This document shows, one piece after another, positions 1-15,333 of a DNA stretch of 64,000 bases (position 1 is its first letter; the number at the start of each line of letters is the position of its first letter). The stretch is taken from assembly GCA_964016885.1 (NCBI GenBank), contig OZ024741.1, positions 213,900,001 through 213,964,000 of the forward strand. Reading direction: 5' to 3'. The notes below the pieces were generated by a model. It searched no databases. It was not told the DNA's origin and saw nothing but the letters and a program-made list of their open reading frames with translations. This stretch comes from Eledone cirrhosa. Taxonomy: Eukaryota. A program made the position numbers and the translations under genes.

Positions 1-1080
1 AACAGTAGCTGTTACAACAACAGTAGCTGTAACAACAACAGTAGCTGTTACCACAACAACAGTAGCTGTAACAACAACAGTAGCTGTTACCACAACAACA
101 GTACCTGTTAAAACAACAACAGTAGCTGTAACAACAACAGTAGCTGTTACCACAACAACAGTAGCTGTTACAACAACAGTAGCTGTAACAACAACAGTAG
201 CTGTTACCACAACAACAGTACCTGTTACAACAACAACAGTAGCTGTAACAACAACAGTAGCTGTTACAACAACAGTAGCTGTAACAACAACAGTAGCTGT
301 TACCACAACAACAGTAGCTGTTACAACAACAGTAGCTGTAACAACAACAGTAGCTGTTACCACAACAACAGTAGCTGTTACAACAACAGTAGTTGTAACA
401 ACAACAGTAGCTGTAACAACAACAGTAGCTGTTACCACAACAACAGTAGCTGTTACAACAACAACAACAGTAGCTGTAATAACAACAGTAGCTGTAACAA
501 CAACAGTAGCTATTACAACAACAACAGTAGCTGTTACCACAACAACATTACCTGTTACAACAACAACAGTAGCTGTAACAACAACAGTAGCTGTTACCAC
601 AACAACAGTAGCTGTTACAACAACACCAGTAGCTGTAACAACAACAGTATCTGTTACAACAACAACATTAGCTGTTACAACAACAGTAGCTGTAGCAGTA
701 GCTGTAACAACAGTAGCTGTAACAACAGTAGCTGTAACAGCAGTAGCTGCAACAACAGTAGCTGTAACAACAGTTGCTGTAACAACAGTTGCTGTAACAA
801 CAGTAGCTGTAACAACAGTAAATGTAACAGCAGTAACTGTAACAACAGTAGCTGTAACAACAGTAAATGTAACAGCAGTAACTGTAACCACAACAGTAAC
901 TGTAACAACAGTTGCTGTAACAACAGTAGCTGTAACAACAGTTGCTGTAACAAGAGTAGCTGTAACAGCAGTAGCTGTAACAACAGTAGCTGTAACAGCA
1001 GTAACTGTAACAACAGTAGCTGTAACAACAGTAAATGTAACAACAGTAACTGTAACCACAACAGTAACTGTAACAACAAT
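1..1080. repeat. Minisatellite, ~15-21 bp units (ACAACAACAGTAGCTGTA/TT)
   Basis: Direct tandem repetition; degenerates into ACA-rich sequence to ~2040. Confidence 0.95.
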
Positions 1081-2049
1081 GACAATAAGCAGCAATACAT
1101 GCGTGAACAACAACAACAATAACTGCAGGAAAAAGAACAGCAGATATAACATCACCAACAACAATAGCAATAAAAACAGCAGCAATAACAGCAACCATAT
1201 AGCAACAACAATAACAATAATTGTTGTGTTACAGCTATTGCTCGTGTTACAAAGATAACAGCAGCTGTAACAAGAAAAACAATATCAGTCGCTGTAACAA
1301 CAAGGATAACAACATCAGATGTAACAACAACAGCTGTAACAACATCAATAACAACAATTGTAACAACATTAGCTATAATCACTTCCCTTTTACTAACAGC
1401 AAAACAAAAGCTACAAAATAGTTTCCGGCTGTTAACAACAGCAACTACATGTAATAGTCACTGTAACAATAGCAACAACAACCAAAACACTGTAACAATA
1501 CTAACAACAATAGCATTGTAACCTGAGTGACAATAACACTAACAATAGCAACAACAATAGCGTTGTAACCATAGCAACAATAACGTTGTAACAATTGCAA
1601 CAACAATAGCATTATAAGCAGAGCGGAAGTAACACTAACAATAGCAACAACAATAGCGCTGTAACTATAGCAACAATGATAACATTGAAACAATAGCAAC
1701 AGTAATAACACCGTAACATTAGAAATATGATAATAACGTAAGAACAGCAACGATCATAAGACTGAAACCATAGCAACAACAATGACGCTGCAACAATAAA
1801 ACATTAATAATGAAACAATAGCAACAACAGTGATACTGCAACAATAACAATAACCTTATAACAATCACACTGCAACATTAATATTGTAACAATAGCAACA
1901 ACAATGAGAATAACAGACAATAACGATAACACCAATAACACTATAACAATAGAAAACAATAACATTATACCAATAGCTATGTAAGAACAGTAACAGCAAC
2001 ACACACAACAATGTAACCATAGCAACACTGTAACGATAGAAACAACTAT

Positions 2050-3235
2050 AGCACTGTGACAATAGCAACTATAACACTGTGACAATAGCAACTATAACAC
2101 TGTGACAATAGCAACTATAACACTGTGACAATAACAACTATAACACTGTGACAATAACAACCATGACACTGTGACAATAACAACCATGACACTGTGACAA
2201 TAGCAACTATAACACTGTGACAATAACAACTATAACACTGACAATAACAACTATAACACTGTGACAATAACAACTATAACACTGTGACAATAGCAACTAT
2301 AACACTGTGACAATAACAACCATGACACTGTGACAATAACAACCATGACACTGTGACAATAGCAACTATAACACTGTGACAATAACAACTATAACACTGA
2401 CAATAACAACTATAACACTGTGACAATATCAACTATAGCACTGACACAATAGCAACTATAACACTGTGACAATAACAACTATAACACTGTGACAATAGCA
2501 ACTATAACACTGTGACAATAACAACCATGACACTGTGACAATAACAACCATGACACTGTGACAATAGCAACTATAACACTGTGACAATAACAACTATAAC
2601 ACTGTGACAATAGCAACTATAACACTGTGACAATAACAACTATAACACTGTGACAATAACAACTATAACACTGACAATAGCAACTATAACACTGTGACAA
2701 TAACAACTATAACACTGTGACAATAGCAACTATAACACTGTGACAATAACAACTATAACACTGTGACAATAGCAACTATAACACTGTGACAATAACAACC
2801 ATGACACTGTGACAATATCAACTATAGCACTGACACAATAGCAACTATAACACTGGGACAATAACAGCTATAAGACTGTGACAATAGCAACTATAGCGCT
2901 GTGGCAATAGCAACTATAACACTGTGGCAATAGCAACTATAACACTGTGACAATAGCAACTATAACACTGTGACAATATCAACTATAACACTGTGACACT
3001 TGCAACTATAACACTGTCACAATAGCAACCATAACACTGTGACAATAACAACTATGACACTGTGTATCAACTATAGCACTGTCACAATAGCAACTATAAC
3101 ACTGGGGCAATAGCAACTATAACACTGTGACAATAGCAACCATAACACTGTGACAATAACAAGTATAACACTGTGACAATAGCAACTATAGCACTATCAC
3201 AATAGCAACTATAACACTGTGGCAACAACAACTAT
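2050..3235. repeat. 23-bp minisatellite (ACAATAGCAACTATAACACTGTG)n
   Basis: CTGTGACAATA recurs at 2054, 2077, 2100... Confidence 0.95.
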
Positions 3236-4088
3236 AAGACGGTTTCATTACAGTTGTTGCTATTGTCCCATAGTGTTATAGTTGTTGTTAATGTCACAGT
3301 AATTATGTTTCATTACAGCTGTTGTTAACGTCACAATGACATTAACAACAATAAAACTGTAATGAAACATTTTATTATTGTCAATGTCACAGTAATTATG
3401 TGACAATAGCAACAACAGTAACGGCAGCAATAACAATATCACAACAATAGCAACAATAACATTACAGCAATAGAAATATAACAAAAACTGTGATAACAAG
3501 AATGACATCAGCTATTCCGTAACAGATGTGACAACAACGTTAACAGTGTATCAACAACAACATAACAACAACATTAGCAGTGTAACCCACAACAACAACA
3601 ATAGCAGTGTAACTCACAACATCAACAATAGCAGTGTAACCCACAACAATAGCAGTGTAACCCACAACAACAATGGTTTTGTAACAAAAGATGTGACATG
3701 GAGTACAATATTATTAACAAGACCAGTTACAGCAACTGTAACAAGAACAACACACACTTGCTCAGCTCTAACAACAATAACAACAATAATAACAACAACA
3801 ACAACAATGGCAGTAGCTATTGTAATAAATACATCTATATCAGTAACAATACTGGTAATATCAACTACAATAATAAACATTAGCAGCTGAAACAACAAGG
3901 GTATTTATAACTGTAAAAATAGATAATAATAGTAATAATAATAATAATAATAACAACAGCTGTAGAATAACAATATTAATAGCATCCAGCAGGAATGACA
4001 ACCAGATGAGCTTTGAAATAACGAGGTGTAGTCTCTAGGGCAAGATTTAGGATACAGGTTTCATACATATATATATATTATATATATT

Positions 4089-4286
<198 letters not shown>

Positions 4287-5191
4287 CACACACACTTTGA
4301 ATCCATTGAAAAATTCTATTGCTAAAAGTCTGGATAGAAAGAGTTCTTGGTGATGATGATGATGATGATAATGATGCGTACACAGAATGTTTTACGTTGT
4401 CATGTTGTTTGCTGGCATCATTTGTTTTAGGTCAGAATTCAATATCCTTAGAATATCTTCATTCCATCACTGACCAGAATTTAATTCTATGTTCTCATGT
4501 TCTCATTGGAATCGTTATTTTACTGCCATGTCAGAAGAGAGAGACCAATGTCTTTTAGATTCTTTGTGAAACGGAAGAAGAAAAGGTTCTTAACTTTAAG
4601 GCTACATTTATTGGGGTATTTTACATCTGCCAGAACACATTTCTCTCCGGATCTGAACAGATCCAGTTTCTTCCAACGAAGGAGGCATAGCAAGAATAAG
4701 TGATAAAGAGTGATACATGGGAAAATGAACCCCAGCTCAAATAGTGAATTGGTACTTTATTTATCGACCTCGGAAAGGAAAATTTGAAATTGATGGGATT
4801 TGAACTTAGAATGTAATGAAAGGAAACACACACGGAAGAATGTAATCCACCATTCCCACGTCTCTGTCAATTTGGCGACTTTTGAAACGGCAGAGGCTGC
4901 TGGTCTCTTGGTGGTTTGATGTTCCAGAGTTGTTTCAGACTGAAAATAATAGATGGCCTCTGATATTGGGAAATGTTCGTACAGTTTATTGGGAAGGGTG
5001 TGTGGAGAGGTTTACAATATATCTCAATATATGAGATGTACTTTATTTCAAATGACACATATAACAGGGTAAGAATTAAGGTGCCCCCCCCCCCTCTCCA
5101 ACCTCCGAAACTAGGTGTAGTGTGGGTAAGAGTCATGTAACATATATGAAAATCGGGTGTGAGAGAATGTGTGTATATATATATATGTATG

Positions 5192-5222
<31 letters not shown>

Positions 5223-5394
5223 TAAAGCATGTCCAGAGAATTATTTGATAATATATATACATCATCTCTACTCCCAATCAGCATAATTAACCAAACAAAA
5301 AATCAATTAGACCAGGCTATATTCTTATCACATCGTGAATAGTTGCCAAAACACATATATACCTGTGACTTTGTTTAATTGGTGTATGTGTAAA

Positions 5395-5444
<50 letters not shown>

Positions 5445-5451
<7 letters not shown>

Positions 5452-5735
5452 GTACATACATATATGTATACAGACATACAGTATTATGTATATATATATA
5501 CATACACGCACACATATATATATGTACGTATGGATTCACCGAACATTTATTATAATGCTAGGTGTATTTGTAAACAAACATCCCGTATTAAGCCGTAGTG
5601 TCCAGCAACCATCGTTGCTCGTTTGTTCAACACTGACAAAAGAACGCTGTACTAGTTTCAAGCTTATTAGCTATCGTCAGCAACGTATACATTCCTGCCA
5701 GATTGTTGAACGTATATACTTACCTTATGCATATT
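5445..5735 (-). mobile_element. Hammerhead-containing non-coding element (family A), starting at (TA)n, interrupted by a SINE
   Basis: Near-identical to 12604-12903; contains HHR 5644-5686. Confidence 0.75.
5644..5686 (-). ncRNA. Minimal type I hammerhead ribozyme
   Basis: Minus strand: ACGUUG-CUGACGA-UAGCU aaua AGCUU-GAAA-CUAG-UA-CAGCGU; stem I ACGUUG/CAGCGU, palindromic stem III. Confidence 0.8.
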
Positions 5736-5747
5736 AACCAATATAAT

Positions 5748-5923
5748 TGTTTCTACATTTGGCACAAGGCCAGCAATTATCCAGTACATTACTGGTACTT
5801 TATTTTATCGACCCCGTAAGGATGAAAGACAAAGTAGGCCTCGGCGGGATTTGAACTCAGAATGGAAAGGGCCGTAACTCTATGCGTCAAAGCATGACGT
5901 CCGACCCGCTACCGATACTGCCA
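5748..5923 (-). mobile_element. tRNA-derived SINE (Meta-like core GCCTTTCATCCTT..GGGGTCGATAAA..AGTACCAG)
   Basis: A/B box-like head; 12-bp TSD AACCAATATAAT at 5736-5747 and 5924-5935. Confidence 0.9.
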
Positions 5924-6039
5924 AACCAATATAATGGTAGCTGGCCATGCCGGTTTGTCGAAAGATGGTATTTTCCATCTTTCACATCCCTCAAATTTGT
6001 TGTGCTTAATTCATCATCATCATCATCATCATTATTTAT

Positions 6040-6620
6040 GGCGGTGGATTGGCAGTATTGGTAGAGCGTCGGGCAAAATTTGCCGTGGCATAGAGTTGCG
6101 GCCCTTAGCGTTCGGATTTGAAATCCCATCGAGGTTAGCTTTGCCTTTCATCCTTACGGGGTGAATACAATAACGTATCAGTAATAGACTGGGTTTGAAT
6201 TAAACAACTCCCCCCCCCCCCAACTCCGAATTGTTGGCCTTGTGCCTAAATCAGAAACAATTATTATTCCACAAAGGGTGGTCGATTGGCAGAATTGGTG
6301 GAGCGTCGGACAAATGTTTAGAACATAATGAGCAAGAACAAATACTGCTGAGTTCAAATACTGCAAAGGTTACCTTTGCCTTTCATCCTTACGGGGTTGA
6401 TGAAATAATGTACCAGTAATACACTAGGGTCGATTTCATCAAATTTACCCTCACCAAAAGTGTTTGGCCTTGTGCATATATCAGAAACCATTACTACTTT
6501 CATCCTTACGAGGTCGATAATATATAGTCCAGTAGCGTACTGGGGCTGATTTAATACACCCCCTCCAACACCCACCCACCCACACCAATTGTAGGCCTTG
6601 TGCCTCAAACAGAGACAATT
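6040..6620 (+). mobile_element. Tandem of 2 full + 1 partial Meta-like SINEs
   Basis: TGGCAG(T/A)ATTGGT heads, GTTCAAAT-like B box, TTTCATCCTTACG core, GGCCTTGTGC...AGAAAC tails. Confidence 0.85.
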
Positions 6621-6649
6621 ATGTTCACTGATTGTTAATGTCACGAGTG

Positions 6650-9600
6650 CAACGACCACGACCACTACCACTACAACCACTTACACGATAACTACCACAA
6701 CCACTACCTCCACCACCACTACATCAATTATCACTGCCTCCACTACCACTGCCTCCACTACCTCCACTACCTCCACTACCTCCACTACCTCCACTACCAC
6801 CACTACCTCCACTACCTCCACTACCTCCACTACCACCAATACCTCCACTACCACCAATACCTCCACTACCACCACTACCTCCACTACCACCACTACCTCC
6901 ACTACCACCACTACCTCCACTACCACCACTACCACCACTACCTCCACTACCACCACTACCACCACTACCTCCACTACCACCATTACCACCACTACCACCA
7001 CTACCTCCACTACCTCCACTACCACCAATACCTCCACTACCTCCACTACCTCCACTACCTCCAATACCTCCACTACCACCACTACCTCCACTACCTCCAC
7101 TACCACCACTACCTCCACTACCTCCACTAAATCCACTACCACCACTACCTCCACTACCTCCACTACCTCCACTACCTCCACTACCACCACTACCTCCACT
7201 ACCTCCACTACCTCCACTACCTCCACTACCACCACTACCTCCACTACCACCACTACCACCACTACCTCCACTACCTCCACTACCTCCACTACCTCCACTA
7301 CCACCACCACTGCCACTACCTCCACTACCACCACTACCTCCACTACCTCCACTACCTCTACTACCTCCAATACCTCCACTACCTCCACTACCTCCACTAC
7401 CACCACTACCTCCACTACCACCACTACCTCCACTACCTCCACTACCTCCACTACCTTCACTACCACCACTACCACCACTACCTCCACTACCTCCACTACC
7501 ACCACTACCTCCACTACCTCCACTACCTCCACTACCTCCACTACCACCACCACTGCCACTACCTCCATACCTCCACTACCTCCACTACCACCACTACCTC
7601 CACTACCACCACTACCACCACTACCTCCACTACCTCCACTACCTCCACTACCACCACCACTGCCACTACCTCCACTACCTCCACTACCTCCACTACCTCC
7701 ACTACCACCACTACCTCCACTACCTCCACTACCTCCACGACCACCACTACCTCCACTACCTCCACTACCACCACCACTGCCACTACCTCCACTACCACCA
7801 CTACCTCCTCTACCACCACTACCTCCACTACCTCCACTACTTCCACTACCACCACTACCTCCACTACTTCCACTACCACCACTACCACCACTACCTCCAC
7901 TACCTCCACTACCTCCACTACCACCAATACCTCCACTACCTCCACTACCTCCACTACCTCCACCACTGCCACTACCTCCACTACCTCCACTACCTCCACT
8001 ACCTCCACTACCTCCACTACCACCACTACTTCCACTACCACCACCACTGCCACTACCTCCACTACCTCCACTACCACCACTACCACCAATACCTCCACTA
8101 CCTCCACTACCACCACTACCTCCACTACCACCACTACCTCCACTACCTCCACTACCACCACCACTGCCACTACCTCCACTACCACCACCACTGCCACTAC
8201 CTCCACTACCTCCACTACCACCACTACCACCAATACCTCCACTACCTCCACTACCTCCACTACCTCCACTACCTCCACTACCTCCACTACCTCCACTACC
8301 ACCACTACCTCCACTACCACCACCACTGCCACTACCTCCACTACCACCACTACCTCCACTACCACCACTACCTCCACTACCTCCACTACCTCCACTACCA
8401 CCACTACCTCCACTACCTCCACTACCACCTCTACCACCACTACCTCCACTACCTCCACTACCTCCACTACCACCAATACCTCCACTACCTCCACTAAAAC
8501 CACCACTGCCACTACCTCCACTACCTCCACTACCTCCACTACCTCCACTACCTCCACTACCTCCACTACTGCCACTACCTCCACTACCTCCACTACCTCC
8601 ACTACCTCCACTACCTCCACTACCACCACTACCACCACTACCTCCACTACGTCCACTACCTCCACTACCACCAATACCTCCACTACCTCCACTACCTCCA
8701 CTACCACCACTACCTCCACTACCTCCACTACCTCCACTACCACCACTACCTCCACTACCTCCACTACCTCCACTACCACCACTACCTCCACTACCACCAA
8801 TACCTCCACTACCTCCACTACCTCCACTACCTCCACTACCACCACTACCACCACTACCTCCACTACCTCCACTACCTCCACTACCACCAATACCTCCACT
8901 ACCTCCACTACCACCACTACCTCCCCTACCTGCACTACCTCCACTACCACCACTACCTCCACTACCTCCACTACCTCCACTACCACCACTACCTCCACTA
9001 CCACCACTACCTCCACTACCACCAATACCTCCACTACCTCCACTACCACCACTACCTCCACTACCTCCACTACCACCACTACCACCACTACCTCCACTAC
9101 CTCCACTACCACCACCACTGCCACTACCTCCACTACCACCACTACCTCCACTACCTCCACTACCACCACTACCTCCACTACCTCCACTACCACCACTAAC
9201 TCCAATACCTCCACTACCACCACTACCTCCACTACCACCACTACCACCACTACCTCCACTACCACCACTACCACCACTACCTCCACTACCACCACTACCA
9301 CCAATACCTCCACTACCAGCACCACTGCCACTACCTCCACTACCTCCACTACCTGCACTACCACCACTACCTCCACTACCTCCACTACCTCCACTACCAC
9401 CACTACCTCCAATACCTCCACTACCACCACTACCTCCACTACCACCACTACCACCACTACCTCCACTACCACCACTACCTCCACTACCACCACCACTGCC
9501 ACTACCTCCACTACCACCACTACCTCCACTACCTCCACTACCACCACTACCTCCACTACCTCCACTACCACCACTAACTCCAATACCTCCACTACCACCA

Positions 9601-10280
9601 CTACCTCCACTACCACCACTACCACCACTACCTCCACTACCACCACTACCACCACTACCTCCACTACCACCACTACCACCACTACCTCCACTACCAGCAC
9701 CACTGCCACTACCTCCACTACCTCCACTACCTGCACTACCACCACTACCTCCACTACCTCCACTACCTCCACTACCACCACTACCTCCAATACCTCCACT
9801 ACCACCACTACCTCCACTACCACCACTACCACCACTACCTCCACTACCACCACTACCTCCACTACCACCACTACCACCACTACCTCCACTACCTCCACTA
9901 CCACCACCACTGCCACTACCTCCACTACCACCACTACCTCCACTACCACCACTACCACCACTACCTCCACTACCTCCACTACCACCACCACTGCCACTAC
10001 CTCCACTACCACCACTACCTCCACTACCACCACTACCACCACTACCACCACTACCTCCACTACCACCACTACCACCACTACCTCCACTACCTCCACTACC
10101 TCCACTACCACCACTACCTCCAATACCTCCACTACCACCACTACCTCCACTACCACCACCACTGCCACTACCTCCACTACCACCACTACCTCCACTACCA
10201 CCACTACCACCACTACCTCCACTACCTCCACTACCACCACCACTGCCACTACCTCCACTACCACCACTACCTCCACTACA
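6650..10280. repeat. 9-bp-based satellite (CCTCCACTA/CCACCACTA)n, ~3.6 kb
   Basis: Direct repetition; explains the 900-1300 aa low-complexity ORFs. Confidence 0.97.
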
Positions 10281-10664
10281 ATCAGTGCTACAGATCTGTG
10301 CTGCTGCCTTAGTTCCAGTGCAGAAAACACCTTCCGAAACTATCCCCCCCCCCTCTACCAACACCAACACCAACACACACACACACAAGGGAGAACTAAT
10401 ATATACACACATACCGATACACATAAACAGACAGAGAGAGAGACACACACACACACACTCACACACTCACACATACACACGCGCATAAACACGCATTGAC
10501 GCGGTCGTGTACATGCCTGATAAAACACATACCTATACACAAATGCATCCACACATACCATATACACACACGTACCTATACACACACACATACCATATAT
10601 ACACACACACACACACACGTACATATGCTGTCAAGCTATGTAATATTTGTGTCATGAGTCACAT

Positions 10665-10697
<33 letters not shown>

Positions 10698-10703
10698 TGT
10701 GCA

Positions 10704-10765
<62 letters not shown>

Positions 10766-10868
10766 CAGTATACATATAGATGGATATAAATATACATCTA
10801 TATATATATATAAATCTCTCTCTATATATATACATACTTATATAAATATATAAACCTATAAACATATA

Positions 10869-11109
<241 letters not shown>

Positions 11110-11536
11110 TATATTTATGTGTATGTATATATATATATATATATATATGTTTATATAAATATATATATATATGTATATAGATACATATATATAAATATAT
11201 ATATATATATATGTATATATATATTTATATATGTATGTATATATACATAGATATATGTTTATATATGTATGTATATACATATATATATTTATATATGTAT
11301 GTGTATATATATATATATATAGGTGGTGGTGGTAGTGGATGTGGTAGAAGAAGTAACGGTGATGGCTGTAGTGCTAGGAGTGTATGATGAAGGGTAGGGA
11401 GTGCGCTTCCGTTCCTTTTGTCCTTATTGTTAGTAGTTGTTTTTATATTTATCATTATTGTTGTTTTATGTTTGTTTATTTCGTTATTTTCTTTTTGTTT
11501 TCCGACAGACTTTTCTCAATGCGAACACTTCTCTTC

Positions 11537-11579
<43 letters not shown>

Positions 11580-11666
11580 ACATACATATATATATATATA
11601 TACAACCACACATCCACACAAAGCTTGTGCCTTTGTTTTATTTACCAAGATGGCCTATATATATAG

Positions 11667-11758
11667 ATGTGAGAAAAACCACAGACCCTCCATCTCAACT
11701 CACCTTTTGAAAAGCAGAAGAACTGCGAAACCGGTAAAGGAACCAAATAAATATATAT

Positions 11759-11793
<35 letters not shown>

Positions 11794-11888
11794 GACTCCA
11801 GTTGCATTTTCGATTTCATCTCTTTTTCTTATACTTCCACTCGTGTAGGACACCTCGGTTATTTTTCATTTTGTAAAAAAAACCTCAC

Positions 11889-11895
<7 letters not shown>
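11667..11895 (+). mobile_element. Solo 3' end of the Penelope-like element (family P), flanked by TA
   Basis: Homologous to reverse complement of 24643-24843; contains variant HHR 11703-11740. Confidence 0.85.
11703..11740 (+). ncRNA. Minimal hammerhead with U3-A8 variant core
   Basis: CCUU-UUGAAAA-GCA gaagaac UGC-GAAA-CCGG-UA-AAGG. Confidence 0.6.
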
Positions 11896-11938
<43 letters not shown>

Positions 11939-11940
<2 letters not shown>

Positions 11941-12049
11941 CAAAGCAATTGTGGTAAGGAACCAGATGGACCATAACGCACCAGAGTACTCAATAATTAG
12001 GGTAGTAGAGTGACAAATAGGAGCTCTGCCGTCGGGGTCATACTTTTTT

Positions 12050-12052
<3 letters not shown>
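11939..12052 (-). mobile_element. Family H fragment: tail plus short inverted piece, between (TA)n
   Basis: Matches tail of 17291-17483, 23841-24034 and 33986-34181. Confidence 0.8.
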
Positions 12053-12098
<46 letters not shown>

Positions 12099-12114
12099 TT
12101 ATGTGTATGTATGT

Positions 12115-12420
<306 letters not shown>

Positions 12421-12591
12421 TATATATATATATATGTTTATATAAATATATATATATATAGGGTTTATGCCCGAAACATTGTTCCACACCCCCATACCCC
12501 ACTCTCAAGAGCGTGAAACTAATAAACCTTTGTTCGTACTGCCTCTCTGTTTTGTTCCCGTTCCATTTTTCACTATATATATATATATATA

Positions 12592-13134
12592 TAAATATAA
12601 GTATGTATACGTACATACATATATGTATACAGACTATAGTAGTATGTATATATATATATATATACATACATGCACACATATATATATGTACGTATGGATT
12701 CACCGAACATTTATTATAATGCTCGGTGTGTTTGTAAACAAACATCCCAATTAAGCCGTAGTGTCTAGCAACCATCGTTGCTCATTTGTACAACACTAAC
12801 AAAGGAACACTGTACTAGTTTCAAGCTTATTAGCTATCGTCAGCAACGTATACCTTCCTGCCAGTTGATTGAACGTCTGAAAGTATATACTTTCCTTATG
12901 CATACAAACGGCTGAGCAGCCTAATTTGCATATTGAGTCAGTTAATCGGCCGGGATACCGAAAACGATGAATGGAAAAAATGAAACGAAATTTCATTTCT
13001 CACTCGTGCATGTATGTATATATATATACATACTACTGTACGTCTGTATACATATATGTATGTACGTATACATACTTATATTTAAGTAACAGCCGTACTA
13101 AGAGTTAGAAATGAAATTTCATTTCATTTTTTCC

Positions 13135-13136
<2 letters not shown>
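12592..13136. mobile_element. Family A element: long inverted segment with HHR (12807-12849, minus) + direct 3' segment
   Basis: Inverted repeats 12592-12674/13006-13084 and 12973-13000/13107-13134; TA-flanked. Confidence 0.8.
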
Positions 13137-13169
<33 letters not shown>

Positions 13170-13171
13170 GA

Positions 13172-13361
13172 AATTTAATATAGAAATGCCTTCTACGGGA
13201 GTAGACCTGCTTCATTCGTATGAAATCATCAGGAATGCCCTGGTGATTTCTCTCGAATGAAACAGTTCTAGTCCTGTAGAAGCCATTTCTATATTAAATC
13301 TCCTTGTTCTTACTCTACTAATGTATTGAATACCTTATTGACTGTGGTTACCCCCGATCCC
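13172..13361 (+). mobile_element. Family C fold-back element with degenerate HHR in both arms + tail
   Basis: Palindrome 13172-13299 centred near CAGG-aatgc-CCTG; tail ~13300-13361. Confidence 0.75.
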
Positions 13362-13363
13362 TT

Positions 13364-13729
<366 letters not shown>

Positions 13730-14526
13730 TCCACACTCTATCAATCTGTCTCTATCTATAATGTACGTACGTGTGTGTGTGCTTGTCTCCCTTTATCATA
13801 ACGACAATACCCCAAACTCTGACATAGTTTATACTAACTGACATACATTACATAACTGTACAAATACTCTGACACTCTTCTAACATACAGCCTTCCCTCA
13901 CAGCCACCTCACCCTCCTCCCATACCCTCCTCCCACACCCTCTTCCCTCACAGCCACCTCACCCGGCTCCCACACCCCCTCCCTCACAGCAACCACACCC
14001 TCCTATTCCAAGTATTATTCTACCTTATTCTCTTACAACCAAAAACCACCACCACAACACTCTCCTGCTTTCTCTACTTTCTCTACTCTCTCTACGCTCA
14101 CTCTCTGCCCTTTCATGCCTATCTCTCTCTTCTTCATCTATTAGCTATCTTGTCTAGCAGATGCGCGCTTACACATACATACACATACATACACATACAT
14201 ATACATACACACACACACACATGCACGTACACACACACCTTCTGTCTGTCTTTTTCTCCGTTCTCTCTAACTCTCCCACGCATTTTATATATATTTGTGT
14301 ATCAATTTATCTCAAAGTATCGATCCTACTATTTTTATATCTTTATATTTTTATATGATAGATGGATGCCCAGAAAATATACACATACACACACACACAC
14401 ATATATATATGCATCTGTGTGTATATGTATATATATATACGTACATTTTATATTTACAAATTATTTACCCACACATACACACACACTATATATATATATG
14501 TGTGTGCGTGTGTGTGTGTGTAATAT

Positions 14527-14582
<56 letters not shown>

Positions 14583-15179
14583 TAAAATATATGATAAACA
14601 CAAAACGTGTTTGCATTGTAACAGACAAAGTTAGCTATTAATGAAATAAACTAATTAAAGTGAATACAATTTGTCTGTCTCGATATAAGTCAATAAAGAC
14701 AAGCTTATATTGGCAAAGGCCGTGATTCCTGGACAAATCTAAATTTCAAAATCCAAACCCGCTCCGTAGATGAATTTGAACCTCGAAACCTAAATATGTT
14801 TCGCAACGATGGTACGTGAATTGAAAAATAAAGAGAATCGAAATGGAATTGAAATAAAAAGTGAAATATCCAAATCTTCTGTGTTTATCAACAAGAACCC
14901 GGTAAAATTAGTATATTCCACATAAAAAATTTAGCAGGTCTGACTACACGTGTGTAGCCAGGCCAAATTAGCCGTCCCGCATTCCCGGTGCTAGAAATAA
15001 CAGCCGTTTATGCGGTATTAAAGATTATAATGAATATAAGGATTAGTCTAAAACATTGAAACCAAGCAGATTTGAGTCTAGATATACAGTTTTTAAAGAT
15101 AATCCTCTACGACCCAGTTTCGAGGGGTTTTTCCCTGCAACTATCACTACTTTAATTGTGAGTTTCTCCGATACAAAGG

Positions 15180-15298
15180 CCTCCTTCTCTTTCTCTCCAT
15201 CTCTCTCTCTCCCCCTCTCCCCCCTCTCTCTCTTCCACCATCTCTCTTTCTCCGTCCATCTCTCTCCCTCTCTCTCACCCTCTCTCCTTCCCTGTCTC

Positions 15299-15333
<35 letters not shown>

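Noticed and set aside
6598-10488. 1296-aa Thr/Pro-rich ORF (mucin/formin/extensin-like) and antisense Gly-Ser ORF
   Set aside because: Pure 9-bp satellite open in several frames on both strands; starts inside a SINE tail; no domain or splice context
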